Source: Myxococcota bacterium
GTDB taxonomy: Bacteria > Myxococcota_A > UBA9160 > SZUA-336
Length of the DNA stretch: 64,000 nt
Direction of reading: 5' to 3'
NCBI GenBank assembly: GCA_965247115.1
Contig: CBDFGR010000003.1
Coordinates: 451,867 to 515,866 of the forward strand
Positions 46,917-55,851 of the stretch are shown here, piece by piece. Positions within the stretch are counted from its first letter, which is position 1. Every line of letters begins with the position of its first letter. A program made the translations under genes and the position numbers. Below the pieces are notes generated by a model. That model was not told where the DNA came from. It made no database searches and saw only the letters and a program-made list of their open reading frames with translations.

Positions 46917-47858
46917 ATGAGACGTACACACCTCTCCATTCTCAGAGGGCTCAGTGCCGGAGTCGTCGCCGGAGCGTTGGCCGCATGCGGCACGTTCAGC
47001 AACCCCGAGTCCGAGCCCATTCAGGTCAACAGCCAGCGCCTGGTCGACCACAGAACCAGCCTGGCCGGAAAGGTGGCGTCTATCTCGGGCTATCTCGTGG
47101 CCGCTGACACGATCGCGGATCGGATCTGCCTCAGGGTACTCGTCGACGAGACGCTGCGCGCGGCGCCCATGCTGCTGATCGAGCGCAGGAGACGGGAGGC
47201 CGATGTCGGTCAGACATGGTCGCTCGCAGAGGCCTACACTGGTGAGCGTCACCGTGAGCTGCGCGTAGAGATGGAAACGGACAGCAACGCGGAGCTGGCA
47301 ATCGCTTCCGCGGATCCGCTCGTACGGCAGGGCATCCAGATCGATCTGCGCACGGAGCTGTTGCGTGCGGATGCAGCCAGTCTCGGAGCCGGGGCGCCTC
47401 GCCCGAACCGAGCAGTGGTCATTCAGGCCTGCAAGCTCCCACCCACAGATGGAAATGAACGCGCCATCCAGCACGCACTCGAGTGGCTGGCGCCTCTCAA
47501 GAAGCCAGAGCGCGTCGAGAACGCGCCCGACATAGCTTCGCTCAGGCGCGAGCTGCAGCTGTTCTACGTGGAGCGTTCAGGAACGTACGACTGGACGCCG
47601 CTCGCCGGCGAAGAGGTGGTGGTGACGGGCACCCTGGTCGACGGAGAAACCGCTTCCGAAGACGAGATCCTGGCCGGTATCGACCTGGTCCCCTCGCTGG
47701 TCGGCATCCACGACCCGCAGCGTGGGCGCTGGCTAGTGATCGACCTGAATTTTGACGACAGCATCGCGAAAGAGCTGACCGTTGGTGTGTTCCGCTCGCA
47801 CCTTCCCAGGCTCTTCAAGGGCACAACCAAGGCTGCGTTGAAGACGCTGACTCCATGA
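46917..47858 (+). CDS. Lipoprotein (hypothetical).
   Basis: MRRTHLSILRGLSAGVVAGALAACG signal/lipobox; 313 aa. Confidence 0.5.
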   Translation: MRRTHLSILRGLSAGVVAGALAACGTFSNPESEPIQVNSQRLVDHRTSLAGKVASISGYLVAADTIADRICLRVLVDETLRAAPMLLIERRRREADVGQTWSLAEAYTGERHRELRVEMETDSNAELAIASADPLVRQGIQIDLRTELLRADAASLGAGAPRPNRAVVIQACKLPPTDGNERAIQHALEWLAPLKKPERVENAPDIASLRRELQLFYVERSGTYDWTPLAGEEVVVTGTLVDGETASEDEILAGIDLVPSLVGIHDPQRGRWLVIDLNFDDSIAKELTVGVFRSHLPRLFKGTTKAALKTLTP

Positions 47859-48187
47859 GCAGGGGCGTCGAGCTCTACTCGGGGGCGTGGGTGCCGGGAA
47901 AGCGTCCGGCGACTCAGCTCGGACCGCTCGAGGCCGACGTGTTCGTCTCGGACGAGCCCATCGCTTCGCGGGAGCAGAGGATGGAGCGAGCGGAAGCGCG
48001 CGTCTTCGAGGACCTCCGCGAGCGTGCCGCGGAGCTCGACGCCAACGCCGTCACGTCCATCGAGCTCTCGGTGGACCTCTTCGCGAGCGAGGCAGGACGG
48101 AGGGGTACGTGGCTACGAGCCACCGGGACGGCGGCGAGGCTCGACCCCTGCGGGCGCCGCAGGCAGCTCGTCGCGGAGAGGAGCTAG
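47855..48187 (+). CDS. YbjQ/DUF74-like small protein.
   Basis: EARVFEDLRERAAELDANAVTSIELSVDLF...GTWLRATGTAARL resembles the DUF74 core; start overlaps the upstream stop. Confidence 0.4.
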   Translation: MSRGVELYSGAWVPGKRPATQLGPLEADVFVSDEPIASREQRMERAEARVFEDLRERAAELDANAVTSIELSVDLFASEAGRRGTWLRATGTAARLDPCGRRRQLVAERS

Positions 48188-49479
48188 CCGGGCTGCTGCA
48201 GTAGAAACAGGCTCAGTGCGGGCCAGTACGTGAATACGAGCACGAGCCCCAGCAGCAGTACGAAGAACGGGATGGTCGCTCGGTACACCTCGACGACGGG
48301 TCGCTCGAAGCGATAGCTCGAGATGAACAGGTTCATCCCCACCGGCGGAGTGATGTAGCCGATCTGCATGTTCGCGAGGAACACGATGCCCAGGTGGACC
48401 GGGTGAATGCCGTATCCGATCGCAATCGGGAGAATGATGGGAACGATGATCACGATCGCGGAGAAGATGTCGAGCATCATGCCGAGGGCGAGCAGAAAGC
48501 AGTTCAGCAGGATGAGAAACGTCCACTTGTCTGTGACCTGGCCGCGGATCAGCTCGAAGAGTCGCAGCGGGACCTCAGTGTCGATCATGTAGCTGGTCGA
48601 CGCGAGGGAGACCGAAAGGATGATCAGAATGCCGCCCACCAGAACCATGGACTCCCGCGTCACCTCGAGCAGCTTCTGCAACGAGATCTCGCGCCGAATC
48701 AGGACCTCAACGACCAGCGTGTATAGCGCGGTGACCGCGGCCGCCTCGGACAGAGCGAGGTAGCCGCCGTAGATCCCACCGAGAACGACGAACGGCAACG
48801 GCAGCTCCCAGCCGGAATCGCGCAAGGCCTCGCGCGTCTCGCGCCAGGTGTGCGAGGCGCTCGGTAGCGCGTCTCGAGGCACCTTGCCCTGGAACACGCT
48901 CCAGAGCGAGAGCACCAGCAGCATGGCGAGGCCCGGCAGGAGGCCGGCCCGGAAGAGATCGTCGATCCGCACGGGCTGGCCGAGGCTGAGCTGCTGCGCG
49001 ACGACACCGTAGAGGATCAGCGGAAGGGCCGGCGCGAAGAGCAGGCCTAGGCTTCCTGAGGTGGTGATGAGGCCGAGGCTGAAGCGTTCCGCATAGCCCG
49101 CCTGCCTGAGCGCCGGGTACAGGACGCCCCCGAGCGCCACGATCGTCACTCCCGACGCCCCTGTAAACGCCGTGAAGAGAGCGCAGGTAACCAGCGACAC
49201 CACGGCGAGCCCGCCCCGGAGCCAGCCGAGCAGGGAGTTCGTCAACCGAACCAGGCGCCGCGGTGCACCGCTCTCGCCGAGGATGTAGCCCGCGAAGGTG
49301 AAGAGTGGAATCGCCAAAAGAACCGGGACATCCGTGATGCTGTAGAGATTGATCGCGACGACCGCGAGATCGATGCCCTCGCGCCAGAACCCGATCAGCG
49401 CGCCGGCAGCAATGATCGCGTAGAGCGGCGCCCCCAGAAGCGCGAGGACCAGCAGCGCCGCGGTGACGAGAAGCGTCAA
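48184..49479 (-). CDS. dctM: TRAP transporter large permease.
   Basis: 431 aa, 12+ TM, conserved DctM N-terminus MTLLVTAALLVLALLGAPLYAIIAAGALIGF and GASGVTIVALGGVLYPAL. Confidence 0.9.
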   Translation of the reverse strand: MTLLVTAALLVLALLGAPLYAIIAAGALIGFWREGIDLAVVAINLYSITDVPVLLAIPLFTFAGYILGESGAPRRLVRLTNSLLGWLRGGLAVVSLVTCALFTAFTGASGVTIVALGGVLYPALRQAGYAERFSLGLITTSGSLGLLFAPALPLILYGVVAQQLSLGQPVRIDDLFRAGLLPGLAMLLVLSLWSVFQGKVPRDALPSASHTWRETREALRDSGWELPLPFVVLGGIYGGYLALSEAAAVTALYTLVVEVLIRREISLQKLLEVTRESMVLVGGILIILSVSLASTSYMIDTEVPLRLFELIRGQVTDKWTFLILLNCFLLALGMMLDIFSAIVIIVPIILPIAIGYGIHPVHLGIVFLANMQIGYITPPVGMNLFISSYRFERPVVEVYRATIPFFVLLLGLVLVFTYWPALSLFLLQQPG

Positions 49480-49988
49480 GAGGGCGACTGCGGGGAGACC
49501 AGCGCGCGGATGTAGAGCGCCGACGAGATCAGCGCGCGTAGCGCGATCACAAAGAAGGCCAGCGGAAGGATCAGCTCGAACGGCCAGGCGGGGAAGCGAG
49601 CGAACGCGCTGACCTGCGCCTCGTAATCCAGCGCTACGAAGCGGACCGAGTGGTAGGCAACCACTGCGGCCACCGCGGCGGCGAACAGGTTCGTACAGGC
49701 TCGCGCCAGCAACAGGCGCACCGGAGATAGCGCCCCGGACAACACGTCTACGCTGATGTGACGGTCGTCGCGGCTCGCCGCCATGGCACCGAGCAGCCCG
49801 ACCCAGAGCACGAGGACTCGGAGCAGCGGGTCACCCCACGCTATGCCCGAGTCAAAGAAGTTGCGCAGGACGATCTGGACCGACGCCAGCAGGACCAGAA
49901 CTCCCACGAACGCGACCAGCACGGCGTCTTCGAGGCGCCGCAGCGCTCGGAGGAAGAGCCCGAGTCGCCCCGCTCCGCCAGCGGCCAT
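49476..49988 (-). CDS. dctQ: TRAP transporter small permease.
   Basis: 170 aa, 4 TM. The start is the ATG overlapping the dctP stop; the upstream 124 codons of the track ORF are junk. Confidence 0.7.
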   Translation of the reverse strand: MAAGGAGRLGLFLRALRRLEDAVLVAFVGVLVLLASVQIVLRNFFDSGIAWGDPLLRVLVLWVGLLGAMAASRDDRHISVDVLSGALSPVRLLLARACTNLFAAAVAAVVAYHSVRFVALDYEAQVSAFARFPAWPFELILPLAFFVIALRALISSALYIRALVSPQSPS

Positions 49989-51007
49989 CACTCGCTCGGG
50001 GACGGCGAACGGTTGCGATAGGTTTCGAGATGTCCCTGAAGCTCCTCGATCATCTCGTCGGAGTAGTAGGCCTCGGCGCGTACCCTGGCCAGCGCTGCAT
50101 CCGCCACGTCTTGCCAGCGCTTCAGCTCGTCGGGAGAGCCGGCGACGAACTCGATCCCCTGGCTTCTGAGGGCACGCTTCGCGCCCTCGTCGCTCGTACG
50201 ATTCCGCTCGTCCAGGCGCATGCCGGAGCGCTGCGTCACTTCCTGGAGGATGGCCTGGTCGGCTTCGCTGAGCTTCGCGAAGGCCCTGCCATCGACGGCG
50301 AGCACGCCAGACAGGTACATCAATGGAACATCGGTCAGGTAGCGCACCCGGGTGTGCCATTGGAAGGCAATGCAGGCGCCTGGCGAGGCCGCCACCGTGT
50401 CGATGAGTCCCGTCTGCAGGCCCGTGTACACATCCGCAAGGGGAAGCGGGACTGGAGAGACTCCCGCGAGGTCGAGCGCGATCTGGCTGAGCCGATCATC
50501 CTCGAGCACCCAGACCCGCGCTCCGGGCAGATCGTCGAGGGTCTGGACCGGCTTGTTGGAGAGCAGATACGCGAAGCCTCCCTCGCTGATGGCGAGGGCT
50601 ACCATGCCCGCACTCCGCAGCCCCGCCTGGATCCGGTGATCCATGCGGGCGCGGACGTAGTCGACCTCTTCGTAGGAGTGGAAGAGGAATGGCAGCCCGT
50701 AGATCTCCGTGTCGCGATACAGGTCGGTCAAGCTGCTGCTGGTAAAGGCACCGCCGTGCAGCTGCCCGATGCGGATCTTCCTCAGCACCGCCTTCTCCGT
50801 CCCCATCACGCCACCGGGGTAGAACTTGAGCTTGACCCGACCCTCCGTCCGCTGCTCGATCTCGCTGGCCGCGCCGCGCATCTCCTTCATCCACGTGCTG
50901 CCCTCCGGGACGACGGTCGCGATCTTTAGGGTTGCAGCGCGACTCTCTCCGGAGAAGCCCAGCAGCGCGCCAAGCAGCGCCAGGGTCAGCGGTGTCCGAA
51001 GCCCCAT
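49988..51007 (-). CDS. dctP: TRAP transporter substrate-binding protein (DctP/TatP type).
   Basis: Signal peptide, then LKIATVVPEGSTWMKEM...KLKFYPGGVMG, typical of DctP-family SBPs; 339 aa. Confidence 0.85.
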   Translation of the reverse strand: MGLRTPLTLALLGALLGFSGESRAATLKIATVVPEGSTWMKEMRGAASEIEQRTEGRVKLKFYPGGVMGTEKAVLRKIRIGQLHGGAFTSSSLTDLYRDTEIYGLPFLFHSYEEVDYVRARMDHRIQAGLRSAGMVALAISEGGFAYLLSNKPVQTLDDLPGARVWVLEDDRLSQIALDLAGVSPVPLPLADVYTGLQTGLIDTVAASPGACIAFQWHTRVRYLTDVPLMYLSGVLAVDGRAFAKLSEADQAILQEVTQRSGMRLDERNRTSDEGAKRALRSQGIEFVAGSPDELKRWQDVADAALARVRAEAYYSDEMIEELQGHLETYRNRSPSPSE

Positions 51008-51016
51008 CGTGATTCC

Positions 51017-51871
51017 TTAGAAGTAGTCGTCGGCGTCCTGGAGGAGCTCGCGCGCCTGCTCCTGAGCGATGGTATTGCTCAGCGTCAGATCTCTTGCCAC
51101 GGGATCGGCGGCGAGCACCTGGTTCAGGAGAGCGTCGTGCAGCTCCCGGTCGAATACGAGCATGGCGTACTTCTGCGCAAAGAGCACCTTGGCCATCAGG
51201 TTCCGATCCCGCGACAGCTCGATCGCCCGCTCGAAGTGCCGCCGCCCTACCTCGGGCTCGCCTCCCAGCGCGGAAGGGAGGAGGGTCGCCAGCACCCCGA
51301 GGTAGAGATAGGCGCTTCCGTTCTCGTAGCCAGGCTCGAGCTCCACAACCCGCTGCAGCGACGCCTCGATCTTCGGAACCTCGGCCACCGCGGCCCAGTC
51401 GTCCGAATTCGCCTGGACCCAGCCTGCCCAGGAGACGGCGAAGCCGTAGAGCGCGGGGACATCGGAGCGGCGCAGCTCCGCCAGCCCGGGCTCGAACTCG
51501 CGGAAGGGTAGGTCGATGCGTGCGCACAGGTCCGAGCGACGCACACACAGCGCGCGGCGCCCATATCCCCTGCTTCGATCGGCCAGGCGCAGCGCGCGGG
51601 TCTCGTCGTCGACGAAGGCGGAGGCGTAGGCACCGTAGAGACTGGCGCCGGCAAGTAGCAGGTCCTGGTTGTCCGGCTCAGCATCGATCAGGCCGTCGAT
51701 CAACAGGAGGTACGCCGGGGCGCCGTCTCGAACCGTAGCAACGTCGGTCTGATTCAGAATCGCGCGGGAGACGCTGTCCGCCAGACCAGAGGTGGCCGAG
51801 CTCGCGAGGGCCGCACAGCCCGTCAGCGCGACGAGGGGAAGCAACTTGGCGACACGAGCAATCGCGCTCAA
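51017..51871 (-). CDS. TatT-family TPR lipoprotein (T-component of TPR-protein-associated TRAP transporters).
   Basis: TTG start at 51871 gives MSAIARVAKLLPLVALTGCAALA (lipobox LTGC). Helical TPR-like body ending ...ELLQDADDYF. It lies immediately upstream of dctPQM. The upstream 250 codons of the track ORF are junk. Confidence 0.55.
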   Translation of the reverse strand: MSAIARVAKLLPLVALTGCAALASSATSGLADSVSRAILNQTDVATVRDGAPAYLLLIDGLIDAEPDNQDLLLAGASLYGAYASAFVDDETRALRLADRSRGYGRRALCVRRSDLCARIDLPFREFEPGLAELRRSDVPALYGFAVSWAGWVQANSDDWAAVAEVPKIEASLQRVVELEPGYENGSAYLYLGVLATLLPSALGGEPEVGRRHFERAIELSRDRNLMAKVLFAQKYAMLVFDRELHDALLNQVLAADPVARDLTLSNTIAQEQARELLQDADDYF

Positions 51872-51975
51872 GCGCGCTGCGGAGGAGGCGCTGCTCTGGA
51901 GATCGACGCTTCCATGCTCCGCGCGCACCTTATCATCTCGATCGATCCCCCCGAGTACCGGACACCCGCGCGGCA

Positions 51976-52386
51976 CTACTCGGTCGGCAGCTCGCCCGCC
52001 CGCCAGCTTCTCATGTGACCCTGGAGGTCGCCGAGCTCGCGGAAGCCCGCAGTCTTCAGGCTCTCTTCCGCGATCCCGGCGCGCCGACCGGACTCGCAGT
52101 ACGTGATCACGCCGCGGTCCCGAAACTCCGCGATCTCCTCCGTGCGCCTCGGGAGCTCGTCGAAGGGAATGTTCACGGCCCCTGGCAGGTGGCCGGACGC
52201 GTACTCGCCCGGACTGCGCACGTCGAGCAGCAAAGGCCCCTCTCGCGAGCCGTCCTCCTCGATGAGGGCGAGCACTTCCTCCTGCGTATATTCGCGTACC
52301 GCTTCGTTCGCTGGGCTGCAGCAGAGGAGCACACCAACGAGCAGCGTCACTCCGAGACTCGGCACCTTCCCCCCCGCCTCCGTCAC
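51976..52386 (-). CDS. Secreted rhodanese-domain sulfurtransferase.
   Basis: Signal peptide; LLLDVRSPGEYASGHLPGAVNIP; active-site loop YCESGRRA. Confidence 0.8.
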   Translation of the reverse strand: MTEAGGKVPSLGVTLLVGVLLCCSPANEAVREYTQEEVLALIEEDGSREGPLLLDVRSPGEYASGHLPGAVNIPFDELPRRTEEIAEFRDRGVITYCESGRRAGIAEESLKTAGFRELGDLQGHMRSWRAGELPTE

Positions 52387-52640
52387 TGCTCAGTGGCAGC
52401 GGCAGTCTGGCCGCGCTCGTCGACCCAGCCGCGCGTCTCCATACACCGGTGAAGCGCGGCCTGGGTTGCCCTTTGCGCGCTTCGCTCCATTCCGCTGCGC
52501 GCCGCTTCGGAATCGCCGATTCCATTGGCGTAGCGGATGCATATTCTCCGATCTCGGTTGAGCTCCTCGGGAGTCGCACCCGCCCTCGTCCAGCTCGTGC
52601 TGACGCATGCGCCGAACGCGAGTGTGACAATGATCGCCAT
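52383..52640 (-). CDS. Small lipoprotein (85 aa).
   Basis: MAIIVTLAFGACVSTS lipobox. It is 4-nt coupled to the rhodanese gene. The rest of the 313-aa track ORF is junk. Confidence 0.4.
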   Translation of the reverse strand: MAIIVTLAFGACVSTSWTRAGATPEELNRDRRICIRYANGIGDSEAARSGMERSAQRATQAALHRCMETRGWVDERGQTAAATEQ

Positions 52641-52751
52641 GAGAGCTCCGCGGCGGGCCGATGAGCACTGCACCAGGCGCCACCGTATCGCCAGCAGGAG
52701 GGAGATGCCAGGCGCTGTAACCGACCCGGTCCCGATCTCGTAGGACTCTCG

Positions 52752-53696
52752 ATGGCTCACTTGCGCGGTGGAACCCGAACCGCCCTGATCTCGGGCGCCC
52801 TTGCGCTCGTGCTTTGCTCGGCTGCGAGCGCAGAGCCGCACCGCAACGGCTTTGATCTCGCGTCGTCCAGCGTTCCCGTATACGAGATCTTGAACGGCGG
52901 TCCGCCCCGCGACGGGATCCCGGCGCTCACTCTTCCCCCGCTGGTCTCGGCCGCAGAGGCGCCCTGGCGGGATGAAGATCGAGTCATCGGCGTCACACTC
53001 GACGGCGAGAGTCGGGCCTACCCCATCGCCATGCTCGACTGGCACGAGCTGGTGAACGATCGCCTGGGGAGCCGCCACATCCTGGTCTCGTACTGCCCCT
53101 TGTGCGGGACCGGAATGGTCTTCGATCGGGAGATTGGCGGTCGGATTCGGATCTTCGGCGTGTCCGGGTTGCTCTACCAGTCGGACGTGCTCCTCTACGA
53201 CCGCCGCAGCGAGAGCCTCTGGTCTCAGATCGCTTCCGAGGCGATCACGGGACCGGAGCGCGGAAAGCGACTCGAGCTCCTGCGCTCCGCGCAGATTCCC
53301 TGGGGCGAGTGGCGAGAGCGACACCCCGACACGACGGCGCTGTCAGACGCCATTGGATACCGTCGCGACTACCGCAAGACGCCGTACGCCGGCTACTCGA
53401 CCTCCTCGCGACTGTTATTCCCCGCTCCGGTCGACCCCCGCTACCCCCCGAAGACCCCGACACTGGGCCTGCGCACCGCGGATGGGTCTGCGCGCGCGTA
53501 TCCGGCTCCCGAGCTCGCCGCCAGCGGGAGCAGAGTCGTGGAGAGCTTCGAGGGTCGGCGCATCGAGGTCTCGTACGACCAGGTCAGTCGAGCGTTCGAG
53601 GTGGACGCACCTCCCGAGATTGAAGTGATCGAAGGGTACTGGTTCGCCTGGACCGCGTTTCACCCGGAGTCAACGGTCTACAGGGCAAGCAGATAG
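52752..53696 (+). CDS. DUF3179-family secreted protein.
   Basis: Signal peptide; GVSGLLYQSDVLLYDRRSESLWSQ matches the DUF3179 hallmark; 314 aa. Confidence 0.7.
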   Translation: MAHLRGGTRTALISGALALVLCSAASAEPHRNGFDLASSSVPVYEILNGGPPRDGIPALTLPPLVSAAEAPWRDEDRVIGVTLDGESRAYPIAMLDWHELVNDRLGSRHILVSYCPLCGTGMVFDREIGGRIRIFGVSGLLYQSDVLLYDRRSESLWSQIASEAITGPERGKRLELLRSAQIPWGEWRERHPDTTALSDAIGYRRDYRKTPYAGYSTSSRLLFPAPVDPRYPPKTPTLGLRTADGSARAYPAPELAASGSRVVESFEGRRIEVSYDQVSRAFEVDAPPEIEVIEGYWFAWTAFHPESTVYRASR

Positions 53697-53740
53697 CCGG
53701 ATCCGCGTCCCGTGCGGCGGATCTCGGCCGGAGGAAAACG

Positions 53741-54526
53741 ATGACGGATCGTTCCTGGAAGAAGAAGCTGAGCTGGGGGTTGGCGCTGGCGGGGCTCGTT
53801 CTTCTCGGCGCCTGGGGAGTGGGCGCGCGGACCGGGCTTCTGAGAGCACCGGAGACCCTCAATCCGTGCGCTGCAGGGACGATCAACCCCTGCGTGGCAA
53901 AGACCCTCAATCCTTGCGCCGCGAAGACGCTCAATCCCTGCGCCGCCAAGACCCTCAACCCTTGCGCGGCCAAGACCCTGAACCCGTGTGCCGCAAAAAC
54001 GCTGAACCCCTGTATGGCGAAGACTCTGAATCCCTGCGCGATGAAGGCGGCGAATCCGTGCAACCCCTGCGGCGGTGCGATGGTCGACGCAGCCCGCTTC
54101 AAGCAGCCTGCCGGAATGACACTCGCTCGGGGGTCGAAGGCGCATCTGGTCGCCCGGGGCGAGGAGCTGTGGAACGATCGCACGCTCGGCAAGTCCGGCC
54201 TGGCCTGCGCAAACTGCCACGTCAACAACTACCTGCAGATGCAGTCGAGCTTCGCCGAACCGTACCCGCACTACGTCGCCATGGCGGCCCAGCAAGGAGG
54301 GGTCGACGAGGTCAGCGCCGCGGAGATGGTGCAGTTCTGCATGCTGGTGCCCATGGCAACGGACCCGCTACCGTGGAACTCCGAGGAGCTCGCCTCCCTG
54401 GCCGCGTGGGTGGAGAACATCCAGCCGGGCTACGTACCGCTGGCAGAGACGATGACCAACCCGTGCAATCCGTGCGGCGCCGGCAAGAACCCGTGCAGCC
54501 CCCGGAGCAATCCCTGTAGCCGCTGA
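53741..54526 (+). CDS. Mono-heme c-type cytochrome with an N-terminal tandem Cys-heptad ('KTLNPCA') repeat array and an NPC-rich C-terminal tail.
   Basis: Signal/TM LSWGLALAGLVLLGAWGV. Repeats: NPCAAGTI NPCVAKTL NPCAAKTL NPCAAKTL NPCAAKTL NPCAAKTL NPCMAKTL NPCAMKAA NPCNPCGGA. Single CxxCH (ACANCH). C-terminal NPCNPCGAGKNPCSPRSNPCSR. Confidence 0.7.
   Translation: MTDRSWKKKLSWGLALAGLVLLGAWGVGARTGLLRAPETLNPCAAGTINPCVAKTLNPCAAKTLNPCAAKTLNPCAAKTLNPCAAKTLNPCMAKTLNPCAMKAANPCNPCGGAMVDAARFKQPAGMTLARGSKAHLVARGEELWNDRTLGKSGLACANCHVNNYLQMQSSFAEPYPHYVAMAAQQGGVDEVSAAEMVQFCMLVPMATDPLPWNSEELASLAAWVENIQPGYVPLAETMTNPCNPCGAGKNPCSPRSNPCSR
53855..54075 (+). repeat. Imperfect 21-bp tandem repeat array (~10 units) inside the cytochrome gene, encoding the 7-aa Cys repeats.
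   Basis: Units such as accctcaatccttgcgccgcgaag / acgctcaatccctgcgccgccaag / accctgaacccgtgtgccgcaaaa differ mainly at synonymous third positions. Confidence 0.8.
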
Positions 54527-54564
54527 GCAGCGCCAGGAACCCGACGCCGCGGCCGCCGTGTATA

Positions 54565-55851
54565 GTGGGCGGCTGCGGGGTCGAGGCGTTCTTGTTCTAC
54601 GGCTGGGTCATCGTTGCGGTCACTTTCCTGACGCAGTTCGTGGCAGTCGGGACCACCTTCTACTCGTTCGGCGTGCTGCAGAAGCCGTTCGCGGAGGACC
54701 TCGGCGGCTCGCGTATGGCCGTGGGCGCCGCGATGCCTCTCATGATGATCGTCGTCGGGCTGGCGGGTCCCTTCATCGGGCGCGCCATCGACAGAGGCTC
54801 GATCCGTGCCGTGATGCTACTCGGTGTCGGGGCGCTCTCCGCGGGCTTTCTCACACTTTCCCGCGTAGAAGAGCTCTGGCAGTTCTACCTGGTGTTCGGG
54901 CTGGTGATCTCGCTGGGGATGGCCCTGGTGGGCGGCATCGCGAACACGGCACTCGTGGCTACCTGGTTCGTATGGCGCCGTGGCACCGCGCTCGGGATCT
55001 CGCAGATCGGGACCACGATCTCGGGAATGGTCACGGCTTACGCCGCGAGCTGGCTCGTAGCCGAGCTGGGCTGGCGTGGTACCGCCGTGGTCTATGGCGT
55101 CGCTCCGCTCGCCCTGCTGCTGCCTGTGGTCTGGTTTCTGGTGGTGGCTCGTCCGGAAGACCGCCAGCTGCGACCGGACGGGGGTGCGCATCGCCATGGA
55201 GAGCACGAGCCGCCCAGCCCGACCGCATGGACGTTCGGACGGGTACTGCGTGAGCGGACCATCTGGCTCATCGCGCTCGTCGTCGGCCTCAGCTTCGCCG
55301 GGACCACAGCCGTCATTCTGCAGATTTACCCACACGTCACCGACCTCGGCTACAGCGCCTCCCAGGCCGCGGCCGTCCTCTCCGTGATGGCCGGCACGGG
55401 GGCGCTCGGAAAAATCCTGTTCGGGTGGCTGGCGGACCGCTACGACAGGCGCGGCTGCATGTGGGGCGCGATTCTGTTCCAGGTTCTCGGGCTGGTCGGG
55501 ATCATAAACGCCGGAACGCACGTGTCTCTGCTCGGCTCGGGAGCCCTGTTCGGACTCGGATTCGGAGGCGTCCTCCCGCTCTGGGGCGTCCTGCTCGGCG
55601 CAGCCTACGGTCGTGCGGAGTTCGGACGCATCCTCGGACTCATGTCGCCCATGATGATCCCGTTTGAGACGCTCGGCATTCCCTTCGCGGGCTGGGTGTT
55701 CGACAGGACCGGCAGCTACAACGGCGCCTTCCTGACCTTCCTCGGCCTGTACGCCATCGCGGCCGTTGCGCTGGTCTTCCTTCGTCTACCGGCCCGCGCC
55801 ACCCTGGAGGCTCGCGAGCGGCTGCCGGATCTCCTCGAGCACGTAGACTGA
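54565..55851 (+). CDS. MFS transporter.
   Basis: 12 predicted TM segments in two 6-helix halves with a central cytoplasmic loop (RPEDRQLRPDGGAHRHGEHEPPS); 428 aa. Confidence 0.85.
   Translation: MGGCGVEAFLFYGWVIVAVTFLTQFVAVGTTFYSFGVLQKPFAEDLGGSRMAVGAAMPLMMIVVGLAGPFIGRAIDRGSIRAVMLLGVGALSAGFLTLSRVEELWQFYLVFGLVISLGMALVGGIANTALVATWFVWRRGTALGISQIGTTISGMVTAYAASWLVAELGWRGTAVVYGVAPLALLLPVVWFLVVARPEDRQLRPDGGAHRHGEHEPPSPTAWTFGRVLRERTIWLIALVVGLSFAGTTAVILQIYPHVTDLGYSASQAAAVLSVMAGTGALGKILFGWLADRYDRRGCMWGAILFQVLGLVGIINAGTHVSLLGSGALFGLGFGGVLPLWGVLLGAAYGRAEFGRILGLMSPMMIPFETLGIPFAGWVFDRTGSYNGAFLTFLGLYAIAAVALVFLRLPARATLEARERLPDLLEHVD

Noticed and set aside
50030-51548. ORFs 50030..50929(+) and 50496..51548(-) across dctP/tatT
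   Set aside because: They are off-frame or antisense to the DctP- and TatT-like genes. The composition is Arg/Gly-rich.
53855-54075. Tandem 21-bp repeats considered as a possible CRISPR or minisatellite
   Set aside because: There are no spacers, the units are contiguous and in-frame, and the differences are mostly synonymous. They encode a protein repeat.
53584-54295. Minus-strand ORFs 53584..54228 and 53678..54295 with their own repeats (GFRVFA.QG...)
   Set aside because: They are simply the antisense reading of the 21-bp NPC-heptad repeat array. The sense frame has a signal peptide and a CxxCH motif.
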